Positions 1-9,938 are shown, numbered from the stretch's first letter. The stretch: DNA of 64,000 nt from Bacteroidota bacterium (GCA_002746305.1 NVWV01000008.1:125353-189352); one strand, 5' to 3'. Notes: generated by a model from the letters alone, not told the origin. Program-made: numbers and translations.

Positions 1-493
1 TCATCTCCCTCCTGTTCTATTTACAGAGGATGAAGCAAATGCGTTAATTACAGTGGAGCAGCTAGCTCTTAATAATAAAGATCAATCCTTTAGTGACAAT
101 GTATCCAGTGCTATTGAGAAAATAAAATCTATTTTGAGACATTCTCAAAAAGGAAATGCTGACCTACTTTCCGATAGAATTTACTTTGGAGGTAATCACA
201 ACCGAACAAAATCGAGTAATAATCTGATGAAGATTCAGTCTGCCATTATCCATTTCCAAGTCTTAAGGATAGATTATTTTTCCTCTCAAAGTAAGCGAAC
301 CACTAGAGACATTGAACCCTTTGCTATATACAGTATCAATGGCGACTTTCTCCTCATAGCCTTTTGTAGGTTGAGAGAAGATTTTCGTGCATTTAGAATC
401 GACTACATCGAAAAACTAGTTGCTCAAAGCGAATCTTTCTCTCCCCACGATATGACTTTACAAAAGTATTTCGAAAAATATGTAAAGACCTAA
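1..493 (+). CDS. WYL domain-containing transcriptional regulator, 5'-truncated by window edge
   Basis: Frame 2 is open from nt 2 to the stop at 493. The C-terminal half has WYL-like beta-rich motifs (FQVLRIDYFS, FAIYSINGDFLLIAF, FRAFRIDYIEKL). The HTH part would lie upstream of the window. Confidence 0.5.
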   Translation, partial: HLPPVLFTEDEANALITVEQLALNNKDQSFSDNVSSAIEKIKSILRHSQKGNADLLSDRIYFGGNHNRTKSSNNLMKIQSAIIHFQVLRIDYFSSQSKRTTRDIEPFAIYSINGDFLLIAFCRLREDFRAFRIDYIEKLVAQSESFSPHDMTLQKYFEKYVKT

Positions 494-566
494 AAACACC
501 CCTGACATACCTTTGTCACACACCCCATTTACCTATGCACTCATAAACATATAACAGCAAATCAAA

Positions 567-953
567 ATGGAAATTTTCAAAATCGTAACTCTATCGCTAT
601 CAGGCCTTTTACTGCTTTTTGTAGGCACAATGAGACTTATTAATCCAATTAAAACTTATTTAAAAAATTCTGGAATCAAGCTGGAAAATGATGTCAACTT
701 ACTTAACGAAATGAGAGGAGTCAGTTCTGTAATGCTATTGGCTGGAGTAATTATTTTGATGGGCACTTTTATCCCTGAGATCTCCTTAACCTCACATTCT
801 TTCGCGATCCTTTTATTCCTAGGATTCGCTGTAGGCAGAGTCGTGAGCTTTGGCTTAGATGGCAAACCAAATAGTTTGATAATTCAAGGATTGATATTTG
901 AACTAGTCCTGGGTGGAGCAAATGCTTTCTGTATAGTTAACACCTTGGCCTAA
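567..953 (+). CDS. small integral membrane protein (4 predicted TM, DUF4345-like)
   Basis: Hydrophobic helices throughout. No recognisable catalytic motif. Confidence 0.4.
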   Translation: MEIFKIVTLSLSGLLLLFVGTMRLINPIKTYLKNSGIKLENDVNLLNEMRGVSSVMLLAGVIILMGTFIPEISLTSHSFAILLFLGFAVGRVVSFGLDGKPNSLIIQGLIFELVLGGANAFCIVNTLA

Positions 954-1084
954 GGATATACATATCAACTAAAGGTTGAGTGCTGCTCCAGGATTAAAGA
1001 ATATAAAAAATAGCGAACACTATATATAGCAAAGAGCGTTCACTGCCTAACCAAAACTCTAATACAATTACCACTCTTACCTCT

Positions 1085-1112
1085 CAAACCTTTGCAAACC
1101 TTTGTAAACCTT
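1085..1112. repeat. tandem ~10-nt repeat (caaacctttg x2.8)
   Basis: Direct reading: caaacctttg caaacctttg taaacctt, in the intergenic region upstream of ORF 1196. Confidence 0.5.
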
Positions 1113-1195
1113 ATTTATGCTTATTTTCGAAACCTACTGATTGGATTAATAGAGAAAGTCCTTATCTAGTTATATGCAACCTAAAAAATTAAACA

Positions 1196-1612
1196 ATGAC
1201 AAAAGCCAATATACTACTTCTAAGACTGGGAACTCTACAAACAGTCCTCATGGGTCTATATCATTTTTTTATCCCATTCCAATTTAATTGGGGCAATTAT
1301 CTTGAACAAAAAAGTGCAACAATTAATTGGTCTCTTTATTCATTGAATAATTATTTTAGTTTTAATCTGTTAATTTTAGCTCTATTTTTAGGCTATTATT
1401 TAGTTAGAAAAAAACAAAATATTGAAGTTATCCAAGTCCTTGCCTCAATAATTCTTTTGTTTTGGATTTTCAGCACAGTCTATCAGCTAATTGAGCCAAT
1501 GCCATTACCGGAACATTTAAATTGGATAGGTTTCGTTTTGTTAGGAGTTGCCTTTCTAAATGGACTAATATTTTTCATCCCACTGATGTCTTTACTAAAA
1601 AAGAAAGAATAA
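1196..1612 (+). CDS. hypothetical membrane protein
   Basis: 138-aa ORF with 4 hydrophobic segments. Its stop overlaps the next start (TAATG). Confidence 0.4.
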   Translation: MTKANILLLRLGTLQTVLMGLYHFFIPFQFNWGNYLEQKSATINWSLYSLNNYFSFNLLILALFLGYYLVRKKQNIEVIQVLASIILLFWIFSTVYQLIEPMPLPEHLNWIGFVLLGVAFLNGLIFFIPLMSLLKKKE

Positions 1613-1902
1613 TGTACAGCATACTAATCTATATTTTCTTAACGATAGTATGTCTTTTAACCGTTTTTTTTGTTGTAAAATCCTACAAAAAAAACAAGAA
1701 AATCACCTCTATTTTATTTGCACTTTTCGTGCTAACATTTTCATCGAGTGTTCTATTAGCTGGATATTATTTCTGCTATTATTTAGGTAATAATGATGCC
1801 ATTATTCAGAAGATATACTTTGGTCTATTTTACATATCATTCATACTTTTAACAGCTTTAGTAGTTCTCTTTTTTACAAAAAAAATAAAACTACTGTACT
1901 AA
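1612..1902 (+). CDS. hypothetical membrane protein
   Basis: Start re-set to the in-frame ATG at 1612 (MYSILIYIFL...) to avoid a 90-nt overlap. Three hydrophobic helices. Confidence 0.35.
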   Translation: MYSILIYIFLTIVCLLTVFFVVKSYKKNKKITSILFALFVLTFSSSVLLAGYYFCYYLGNNDAIIQKIYFGLFYISFILLTALVVLFFTKKIKLLY

Positions 1903-2123
1903 AACCTGTAAAACAATTCTTAATTTAGTACTTAATCAAAACATAATATTTCATTGTTATGTCTTATTTCTCTGCGAAAAAATTCATACCCCAAACTCCA
2001 TTTAATTCAACCAAAGACTGACTCAAACCAATTCTTCTTTCTTGGCTCCTATTTGATTTAGGACACTAAACTTACTACTATCCCTATTCTTATGACTCCC
2101 ATTGAGGCCTAAATATACTCACG

Positions 2124-2131
2124 TATATTTG
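2124..2131 (+). promoter_or_regulatory. Bacteroidota-type -7 box TAtaTTTG for the VOC gene
   Basis: tatatttg matches the TAnnTTTG consensus. It sits inside a ~29-nt motif shared with sites at 3582 and 6544. Confidence 0.4.
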
Positions 2132-2288
2132 TCTCAATCACTAACAGACTCTAAAATCAGTTTAAGCAAGCGTTATGCCACGGCTAAAAGGAAAATTTAT
2201 TAGTAAAACTGGTTGGTAAAATGAATAACCTAATATGGATTGTAGCAGTTCTTACACGTTGCAACTCAATCAATAAAGAAACAAACAA

Positions 2289-2717
2289 ATGGAAGAACAA
2301 AACAATCAAACGGAGAGCTCTACTTCCTCTGCCGATATAACACCAAAGGTGACAGGAATTGGCGGGATTTTCTTTTTCTCTGATAATCCCAAAGAAACGA
2401 ATGAATGGTATGCCAAAAATTTAGGACTTGAAATAAATGATTGGGGTTCCTCAAGTTTTGAATCAAGAAACATTAACAGGCCAGACGAAATAAATTCTTT
2501 GCAATGGAAACCTTTCAAAAAAGGAGATGAATACTTTTCACCATCCAAAAAAGAATTTATGATTAATTACCAAGTTCAAAATATTGAAGGGCTTGTCAGT
2601 AAACTTAAAGAAAACGGAGTAACCATACTTGACAATATTGAGACTTATGACTACGGTAAATTTGTACATATCCTGGATAGTGAAGGAAACAAAATTGAAC
2701 TATGGGAACCAATTTAA
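2289..2717 (+). CDS. VOC family (glyoxalase/bleomycin-resistance fold) protein
   Basis: GIGGIFFFSDNPKETNEWYAKNLGLE ... KFVHILDSEGNKIELWEP is typical of VOC beta-alpha-beta-beta-beta modules. Confidence 0.5.
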   Translation: MEEQNNQTESSTSSADITPKVTGIGGIFFFSDNPKETNEWYAKNLGLEINDWGSSSFESRNINRPDEINSLQWKPFKKGDEYFSPSKKEFMINYQVQNIEGLVSKLKENGVTILDNIETYDYGKFVHILDSEGNKIELWEPI

Positions 2718-2804
2718 CACCCTCACTTTGGGCCTAAAACCAACTGTTAGCACATCCTAATGATAAAAACAATATGAATGAAAGAGCCGAGTGCCTAAAA
2801 TTAA

Positions 2805-3503
2805 ATGAATAAAAGTATAATTCTATCCATCTTCTGTATTTTCATCCTTCTGCCGAAGGTTGGAAAAGCTCAAATCAATGAAGACCAACTAGGGGCATGG
2901 TATATGTATTTTTTCAATACCACGTTTAAGGAAAGTCCGTGGGGCATTCAAGGAGACATTCAATATCGCAATTGGGATATTGGCGGAGACCTTGAACAGC
3001 TTTTACTTCGTGGTGGAGTAACCTATAAACCAGAATTGAGCGATATTAAACTCACACTCGGTTATGGAAATGTGACCACTGGAAGTTTTGGATCTGAAAA
3101 TTCCACTTCTTCAGAGAGTAGAATTTATCAAGAATTCCTCTACCCTGTTCAATTCGGCAATCGCATCTATACCAATCACCGATTTAGATATGAGCAAAGA
3201 TTTGTTGAAAATCAAGATTTCAGAACACGCTACAGGTACAATTTATTCCTAAACATCCCATTAAATAAAGCGAAAATGGTCGACAAGACTGTTTATCTTG
3301 CTCTTTACAATGAGCTGTTTATAAATGGACAACGGACTATTGGGAATGGGAATAGCGTAGAAATTTTTGATCGAAATAGGTTCTATGCATCGATTGGGTA
3401 TATGATAAAAAAAGGAATCAAAGTGCAGTGTGGTATTATGAACCAAACAACTGACAATTGGGGTAAGAATCAGTTACAATTAAGCTTCCATCAAAAAATT
3501 TAG
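2805..3503 (+). CDS. DUF2490-like secreted/outer-membrane protein
   Basis: Signal peptide ending KAQ. The W/Y/F-rich alternating pattern resembles DUF2490. Confidence 0.4.
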   Translation: MNKSIILSIFCIFILLPKVGKAQINEDQLGAWYMYFFNTTFKESPWGIQGDIQYRNWDIGGDLEQLLLRGGVTYKPELSDIKLTLGYGNVTTGSFGSENSTSSESRIYQEFLYPVQFGNRIYTNHRFRYEQRFVENQDFRTRYRYNLFLNIPLNKAKMVDKTVYLALYNELFINGQRTIGNGNSVEIFDRNRFYASIGYMIKKGIKVQCGIMNQTTDNWGKNQLQLSFHQKI

Positions 3504-3581
3504 CTTTACATCTCAACCAAAAATTACAGTACCTATCTCAAACAGACAAGTCTAGGTTCTTTTTGCATAAGTCTTCTAATG

Positions 3582-3589
3582 TATATTTG
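3582..3589 (+). promoter_or_regulatory. -7 box TAtaTTTG for the TPR gene
   Basis: Reading aATGTATATTTGtc. The ORF-track ATG at 3579 is part of this promoter element. Confidence 0.4.
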
Positions 3590-3647
3590 TCTTTATTGCA
3601 AACAGACTACTTTGTTGGGCGATGAAAAACCACACATTAAAGAAACA

Positions 3648-4808
3648 ATGAAAACTAAATTAACATTCCTCCTTATTTTAACGTTTGTTTTTGGATTCAT
3701 CAATGCACAAACAGTTGAAGAATTATACACCAATCAAAATTTTAAAGAACTAATAACATTTGCAAGTAAGTCTGAAGAACTAAGTAAAAACCAATTATAC
3801 TATGTTGGGTACGCCTTCTTTCAACTTGAAAATGATAAGAAAGCAATTGAGATGTACGATAAAGCCATTGCCAAAGGTTTGGACGATGACTATATTTATT
3901 TGTACAAGGGACTATCTTTAAGGTATGATAGACAGTACGCTAAGGCAATTGAAGTTTTCAAAATTGCCATTGAAAAAAATCCAAAAGGACAAAAAAACTA
4001 CACTGAGTTAGCAAATACCTTTTATTATCAAAAAAACCATGACTCGGCTTTAGTCTATTTTTATAAAGCTAGAGAATTAGAGTTTGAACTTGGCGACCCT
4101 TATTTTAAAATCCCGAACATCTACCATATTCAACAAGACTTCAAAAAGGCTCTTGATGAATATTACATAAGTGCGTCTCTAATTAACAAAGCGGACCCTT
4201 CATATATTGAAATTTTAAAATCAATTGGATTGTTAGAATATACTGACACTAAAAATTACATCAATTCAATTAAAGCATACACCGAAGTCCTTTCTATCGT
4301 ACCTAAAGAATACAACCTTTATGCTAAGCTAATTAAAGCATACTATGCGAACGAAAACTATACGAAAGGAGACAGCATTTTTGATATTCTAAAAACCCAA
4401 TATAAAAACAAACAACTTCCAGGTGACATGATGAACATTAGGGGAGAAACAGTTGACGAATTTATCTGGAATGACCAAAGGGTTAGTGTGATGAAATATT
4501 ACAAAACGCCCACAGAATTTGCTGAACCCATTTATCAGTTTTTTCTAATTGACAAATCAAATACAAAAGTCGAGAGAAAGATTCTAACTGAAAAAACAGG
4601 TTCTATGATTGATGGTACAAAACATGTACTCTGCGGAATAGACAAAGCCACAAACACACACTACACTTATCCGATTGGATGGGAAACAGATGACATAGAC
4701 TACAAAAAACTCAAAGAGTACGTAATCTTAATTCTTAATGATGAAATGAAATCTCAAGCCTCCTCCAATTTTTCAAATGGGAAAAATAAAAAAAGAAAGA
4801 AGAGATAA
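3648..4808 (+). CDS. TPR-repeat protein with signal peptide
   Basis: Start moved to ATG 3648 (MKTKLTFLLILTFVFGFINAQ signal peptide). Repeated AxxxYxKA / YYxxG TPR-like units. Lys-rich C-terminus. Confidence 0.55.
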   Translation: MKTKLTFLLILTFVFGFINAQTVEELYTNQNFKELITFASKSEELSKNQLYYVGYAFFQLENDKKAIEMYDKAIAKGLDDDYIYLYKGLSLRYDRQYAKAIEVFKIAIEKNPKGQKNYTELANTFYYQKNHDSALVYFYKARELEFELGDPYFKIPNIYHIQQDFKKALDEYYISASLINKADPSYIEILKSIGLLEYTDTKNYINSIKAYTEVLSIVPKEYNLYAKLIKAYYANENYTKGDSIFDILKTQYKNKQLPGDMMNIRGETVDEFIWNDQRVSVMKYYKTPTEFAEPIYQFFLIDKSNTKVERKILTEKTGSMIDGTKHVLCGIDKATNTHYTYPIGWETDDIDYKKLKEYVILILNDEMKSQASSNFSNGKNKKRKKR

Positions 4809-4916
4809 AAGTTTCAGCTAAAATCTTGTTGTACAACTAGATTGACTCATAAACTCATAGCTACAGCTTATGAATTGTCTATTGCATTATACTGGCATAC
4901 ATACTGTCTTTGACGT

Positions 4917-6338
4917 ATGTATAAATCAATATTATCCACTTTTGCTCTTGTAGGGTTATTCACCGCAACATTTGCCCAAAATGTCTTTATTCCAGATTCT
5001 GTTTTCAAAGCACGATTAACTCAAAATGCTGCATTAAATACAAACTCGGATGGAGAGATACAAGTAAGTGAAGCTCTAAATTTCACTGATAATCTAACCG
5101 TAGTCTCTTCAAATATTACGGATGCTACAGGAATAGAGGCATTCAAAAACATCACCTACTTAAACTTATATAATAACAAACTCGACTCAATAGATTTATC
5201 TCAAAATACGAAATTGGAAACTTTGTTTCTGAAACAGAACCAACTTCTAAAACTAGATTTAAGTCACAATCCCAAAATCAAAATATTGAATTTGACAGGA
5301 AACAGGGTAGTAATGGATAGCTTAGACCTTTCAGGAGTTACAGATTTAGAGGAATTTAATATTACCAATTCTTCAAGAAACATAAAATTTCTTAAACATC
5401 TGAATATCACTCAAAATACGAAACTAAAAAAACTCAATTTTAGTTTTGCTATTGCATTTACCATGAGTACTTTAGATTTAACTGGATGTACCAATCTAGA
5501 GTATTTAAAATTGGATAGATGTGAAATGCGTAGTTTAGACTTGAGTAAAAACACTAAACTCACTCGCCTAGAGATCGGAGGAAATAAGTTCTATACTTCA
5601 GGCTTAGACGTGAGTGTAAATACGTTGTTAGAATATATCGACGTTTCCTACTCTGGATTATCCTCCTTTGATGTTTCCACCAATAACAATTTAACCTACT
5701 TGCGACTATGGAAAAATTCACTAGCATCTGCTAACCTAGCAAATGGCAATAACGCTTTCATGGCAACGGATCTAACCCAAAACGACGGTTGCTGTTTCCA
5801 AGTAGATGACAAACAATATTGCGACACAACCTGGTTCAAAGATCTAACCTCTCGATTTAGCGAAGACTGCAGCATATGCCTTAATGAAGACTTGACATGG
5901 GAAAATGACACCTTATTCTCACGTGAAACCGATGCCACTTTTCAATGGGTACAATGTGACGATTCAGTTACCATCTTGACTGGTGATACTAACAGCTATC
6001 TAGTTCCTCAGAAAAATGGAAGCTACGCTTGTATTGTCGCTCATTCAGACTGCACCGATACTACTGATTGTATGACCATAAATTTGACAGCTTCTCTAAA
6101 CCCTATCGAACTAAAAAAAATAAAAGTTTATCCCAATCCCGTAAGCAACATTCTAACCTATGTGAGTTGGAGTAATAGTAGTGCTGGAATTAGAATAGTG
6201 ACTCCCAGTGGCAAGGTGGTAATGGACCAAGTTAAACTAGGGAACCAGCTGAAGGTATCAAATCTAGAAAAGGGTATTTATATTTTAATTGTAAGTGATG
6301 GGAAACAAGTACAATACGCCAGATTTATTAAGCAATAA
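4917..6338 (+). CDS. leucine-rich-repeat protein with T9SS type-A C-terminal sorting domain
   Basis: Signal peptide. Repeated LxLxxNxL units. C-terminal KVYPNPVSNILTYV ... GIYILIVSDGKQV matches the Por secretion tail. Confidence 0.6.
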   Translation: MYKSILSTFALVGLFTATFAQNVFIPDSVFKARLTQNAALNTNSDGEIQVSEALNFTDNLTVVSSNITDATGIEAFKNITYLNLYNNKLDSIDLSQNTKLETLFLKQNQLLKLDLSHNPKIKILNLTGNRVVMDSLDLSGVTDLEEFNITNSSRNIKFLKHLNITQNTKLKKLNFSFAIAFTMSTLDLTGCTNLEYLKLDRCEMRSLDLSKNTKLTRLEIGGNKFYTSGLDVSVNTLLEYIDVSYSGLSSFDVSTNNNLTYLRLWKNSLASANLANGNNAFMATDLTQNDGCCFQVDDKQYCDTTWFKDLTSRFSEDCSICLNEDLTWENDTLFSRETDATFQWVQCDDSVTILTGDTNSYLVPQKNGSYACIVAHSDCTDTTDCMTINLTASLNPIELKKIKVYPNPVSNILTYVSWSNSSAGIRIVTPSGKVVMDQVKLGNQLKVSNLEKGIYILIVSDGKQVQYARFIKQ

Positions 6339-6543
6339 GAATCTGGCCTAAGACCACGAACGAAGATGAGCAATTTGCCTGACACAGATGTAAACGACCA
6401 TCCTCCTTCACAAACACATCTGCATACCCATTAGACTAGCGTAGGTTTAGCATATAGTCTACTTACAAAAGTCATTTAAAGTTACTTTCAGAGCCTACTA
6501 TGAGATGAATAAAGTAATCCCAAACTTATCATTAGACTCTTGA

Positions 6544-6551
6544 GTATATTT
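6544..6551 (+). promoter_or_regulatory. -7 box TAtaTTTG for the amine oxidase gene
   Basis: gagTATATTTGtctcaattgcacacaagtctac shares the extended motif with sites 2124 and 3582. Confidence 0.4.
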
Positions 6552-6615
6552 GTCTCAATTGCACACAAGTCTACATTTCATTGGCAACTTTTTGTGAGCA
6601 TTGAAACTAAAATAA

Positions 6616-7719
6616 ATGACAAGAAAAGAGTTTATCAAAATCTGTGGAATTCTGGGAGTGGCCATTCCCATTCAACTTCCGTTAATATCTTGTTCTGATG
6701 ATGATAAAATTCAACAATCATTTAAAGGAAAAGTACTTATAATAGGTGCTGGTGCCGGAGGATTATCTGCAGGATACTTATTACAACAGCAAGGTATTGA
6801 ATATGAAATTTTGGAAGCATCAGCCATTCATGGAGGCAGAATGAAGATAAATACTGATTTCGCTGACTTCCCTATTCCTTTAGGAGCTGAATGGTTGGAA
6901 ACGGATACAACTATCTTTTCAGAAATCGTGAATAATGCCTCCGTACAAGTCAACATAGAAACTGTGGCCGATGACCCAGATCGAAAATTCGTAAATTCTT
7001 CTTGGTACTCTTTCTTTGAGGAATACATCGTTCCATCGGTGGCCAACCATATTTCTTACAACACCATTGTACAATCTATTGACTACTCAAATGATCAAGT
7101 CGTTGTGACCACGCAAAACGGAGAGCATCTAGCCGATAGAGTGATTGTTTCCGTTCCACTTAAAATCCTTCAAGATGGAGATATTAATTTCACACCGAGC
7201 CTACCACAGAGCAAGATAGATGCTATCAACGGCACAACTATTTGGGAAGGATTTAAAGCCTTTTTTGAATTTTCAACTAAATTCTATAATGATGAGCACG
7301 AGTTCCCAATTACTCCGGCTACTGATGGGGAGAAGATTTATTACAATGCCACTCTTGGCCAAAATACTGCCAAACATATTCTTGGATTGTTCGTTGTAGG
7401 GAAACCAGCTCTTGACTACATCTCACTCTCTGATAATGATTTGAAAGACTTTATTCTAAACGAGCTTGATGGTATTTATTCTAACCAAGCAACCCCAAAT
7501 TATGTTAAACACATTTCACAAAATTGGAATAACGAACCATTTATTAAATCTGGTTACATGACAGACAATGCCGACTGGAAAACAGTTAGAGAACTCGGCA
7601 CACCTGTTGCCAATAAAATACATTTTGCAGGAGGAGCTTACACCGACGGAGAAGACTGGGTTTCAGTACATACTGCAGCACAGTCAGCAAAAAAAGCAGT
7701 TGAAGAATTAAGCAATTAA
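6616..7719 (+). CDS. flavin-containing amine oxidase family oxidoreductase (lipoprotein/Tat-like leader)
   Basis: GxGxxG dinucleotide fold VLIIGAGAGGLSAGYLL. C-terminal HFAGGAYTDGEDWVSVHTAAQSA is typical of amine oxidases. N-terminal leader with LISCS. Confidence 0.55.
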   Translation: MTRKEFIKICGILGVAIPIQLPLISCSDDDKIQQSFKGKVLIIGAGAGGLSAGYLLQQQGIEYEILEASAIHGGRMKINTDFADFPIPLGAEWLETDTTIFSEIVNNASVQVNIETVADDPDRKFVNSSWYSFFEEYIVPSVANHISYNTIVQSIDYSNDQVVVTTQNGEHLADRVIVSVPLKILQDGDINFTPSLPQSKIDAINGTTIWEGFKAFFEFSTKFYNDEHEFPITPATDGEKIYYNATLGQNTAKHILGLFVVGKPALDYISLSDNDLKDFILNELDGIYSNQATPNYVKHISQNWNNEPFIKSGYMTDNADWKTVRELGTPVANKIHFAGGAYTDGEDWVSVHTAAQSAKKAVEELSN

Positions 7720-7847
7720 ACATCGGGTTACGGTAAGATACAAAGACCTTGGATCTCTATCATCCAAGAAAAATAGTACCTTTCGCTAGATAAAACTTAA
7801 GCTGAAATGCAATATCACACCACTACTCTTAGACAAAACATATACGT

Positions 7848-8627
7848 ATGAATCAAACTTCTCTAGCCCTATTTCTTGCAATACTGATATTCTCAGGATG
7901 CGATAAAAAAGAAACAGATGACTTAACACAACAGGTTACTTATGAAGTGAATGAAGATGGTGACTATCCTGACTTTCTAACGCCTCATTATTACAATATA
8001 AATGCGACTGACCTGAGAAACGACATTAACAAATTGGTCCATTTTGCTCGACTTAACGATTACAATCATCCATTTGAAAATGAGAATGACGAAATAGCCG
8101 CTCACTCAACCAAAAGAGAGTTTGGAGTTGGTATTGGAATGAGCGATACATCTCAGCATCATCCAGCAATAGACCTACATCCTACCAATCCAACTAACAT
8201 TGTTATGTATGCGGCTCATAATGGGTTAATAAAAACCTATAGAGATAGTCCAAAATACAGACACTACCTGAGCCTAACCAGTGAGATAAAAGATACCGAT
8301 AATAATATCATTGGTAAAATAGTTACGATCTATGCCCATATTGATTTGGATTTGGACAATAGCGAATCCTTGCAATTGGATGGTCAATACATCAATAAAG
8401 GAGAGGTCATATCAAAAAATTTATACTCTGGAACTATGGGTGGAGCACACTTACATTTTGAGACCAGAATCTACAGAAACTCAGAAACTGGGAATGAAGA
8501 TTTTTACTATTGGCAAAATAGTGAAAATCACACAACTCGGTCTTCTGGTGTTTGGTCCTATGGATATTGGACTAATGATCTAGGATATGGTTTTATGGAC
8601 CCGGTAAACCTTGGGATTGGATTGTAA
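7848..8627 (+). CDS. M23 (LytM) family metallopeptidase lipoprotein
   Basis: Lipobox FSGC. HxxxD (HPAIDLH) and HxH (GGAHLHFE) zinc-ligand motifs. Confidence 0.5.
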   Translation: MNQTSLALFLAILIFSGCDKKETDDLTQQVTYEVNEDGDYPDFLTPHYYNINATDLRNDINKLVHFARLNDYNHPFENENDEIAAHSTKREFGVGIGMSDTSQHHPAIDLHPTNPTNIVMYAAHNGLIKTYRDSPKYRHYLSLTSEIKDTDNNIIGKIVTIYAHIDLDLDNSESLQLDGQYINKGEVISKNLYSGTMGGAHLHFETRIYRNSETGNEDFYYWQNSENHTTRSSGVWSYGYWTNDLGYGFMDPVNLGIGL

Positions 8628-8820
8628 TCCCTGAAGAGTATTCATTTACCAATTATTCCAGATTGAGGTGCAAAATCCTTAAACTTGACAACAGGGTAAA
8701 ATTAAAAAATAAGATGTTTCGACTTTTACGAATCTCCTATTGAGCAACGAGTGTTAAACCATACAATACATTCAAGCACTCAACGTTTCATAGGTTAAGT
8801 GCTAGTAAGCAATGTAAAGA

Positions 8821-9249
8821 GTGAAAAAACTTAAGCAAATATGTCAGGTGGGAGTTGTACTTATCATCTCCGGAGTTTGTTTGTACCAATTTGATTTTAT
8901 CAAACGCGGTATAGCCTCCCAAAATCACAGGATTGATTTACCCAACTATCTAAATCACATCTCGATAAAAGAACCCAAATCAGTATTTATTTTCGGAGCT
9001 TTTAGTAACTCTATCACACATGGTCGATTAGCTTCTGATAGGTTAAAAGATTTTTATCGTGATATAAACGGGGAACAGATAGTAATAGAGGGCAAATCAA
9101 CGGGAGATATTTCCAAAAATCTGGATTTAGTTTCTAGTACTTTTTCAATTATTTTCAGGGATAATGCCAATCAGTTGAACGGAATAACCATGAAATATTC
9201 CGAGGACAACAAAACATATTTACTGAAAATTAAAAGTTCAAGAGAATAG
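8821..9249 (+). CDS. hypothetical protein with N-terminal TM anchor
   Basis: ORF only. No recognised motif. Confidence 0.3.
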   Translation: MKKLKQICQVGVVLIISGVCLYQFDFIKRGIASQNHRIDLPNYLNHISIKEPKSVFIFGAFSNSITHGRLASDRLKDFYRDINGEQIVIEGKSTGDISKNLDLVSSTFSIIFRDNANQLNGITMKYSEDNKTYLLKIKSSRE

Positions 9250-9521
9250 CAAAGAGTGCAATTTTGATAATTTAAACGAGGGATTCAGGCCCATTGGATT
9301 AAATAACCCTATGCAATATTCATTTATGGTATATAATCATTGGGGTGAAAAACATTTGAGTCTGGACAAAGTGGAGAAGCCTGGAATCGCATATACCTTA
9401 AATTGTATATCTCATACGAGACATACTATTAATAGAAGAGGAACTGTTACATTACTTAGGTAAGACTATCTAGTTATTGATTCTATTAAAATCCTCGATT
9501 ACATTACTTAAGACAACCGGA

Positions 9522-9938
9522 TCATACATCCATCAAATGTTCTTTTTCAAGTTTTTCTCGGAGGGATTTTAACAAAACGTCTCTATCATCTCTTGCTTGA
9601 GCCAAGAAGATATCATCGGCTCCAGTTTCACTGTCATGTTCCCCACTCCAAGAAATCATATCTACCATGAAAGGAAGCATTTTAATCCCCTTTTTGGTAA
9701 GGCTATATTTAATTCGTGATTTTTTAACAGTATCCTGTCCTTTACTGATTATTCCAGATTCCTCCAGTTGTTTTAATCGATCTCCTAAGACACTTGTCGA
9801 GACTTTTTCTCCGGATTCAAAAAACTCATTGTAATGCCTTTTCTCCATGAACATTAAGTCCCTTATTACTAATAAAGACCACTTATCTCCGAAGTGCTCT
9901 AAAGCATAATTTATAGGACAATGTGATCGCATTTTCAT
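9522..9938 (-). CDS. HxlR-family winged-helix transcriptional regulator
   Basis: CPINYALEHFGDKWSLLVIRDL...RHYNEF...ISKGQDTVKKSRIKYSLTKKG is the HxlR/MarR-like signature. Confidence 0.65.
   Translation of the reverse strand: MKMRSHCPINYALEHFGDKWSLLVIRDLMFMEKRHYNEFFESGEKVSTSVLGDRLKQLEESGIISKGQDTVKKSRIKYSLTKKGIKMLPFMVDMISWSGEHDSETGADDIFLAQARDDRDVLLKSLREKLEKEHLMDV

Noticed and set aside
2155-2340. Short uORFs (14 and 39 codons) in the ~150-nt leader of the VOC gene.
   Set aside because: No conservation can be assessed. Likely chance ORFs in an AT-rich leader.
8332-8583. 83-aa ORF in an alternative frame within the M23 peptidase gene.
   Set aside because: Same-strand overlap inside a motif-bearing CDS. 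It is an out-of-frame artefact.
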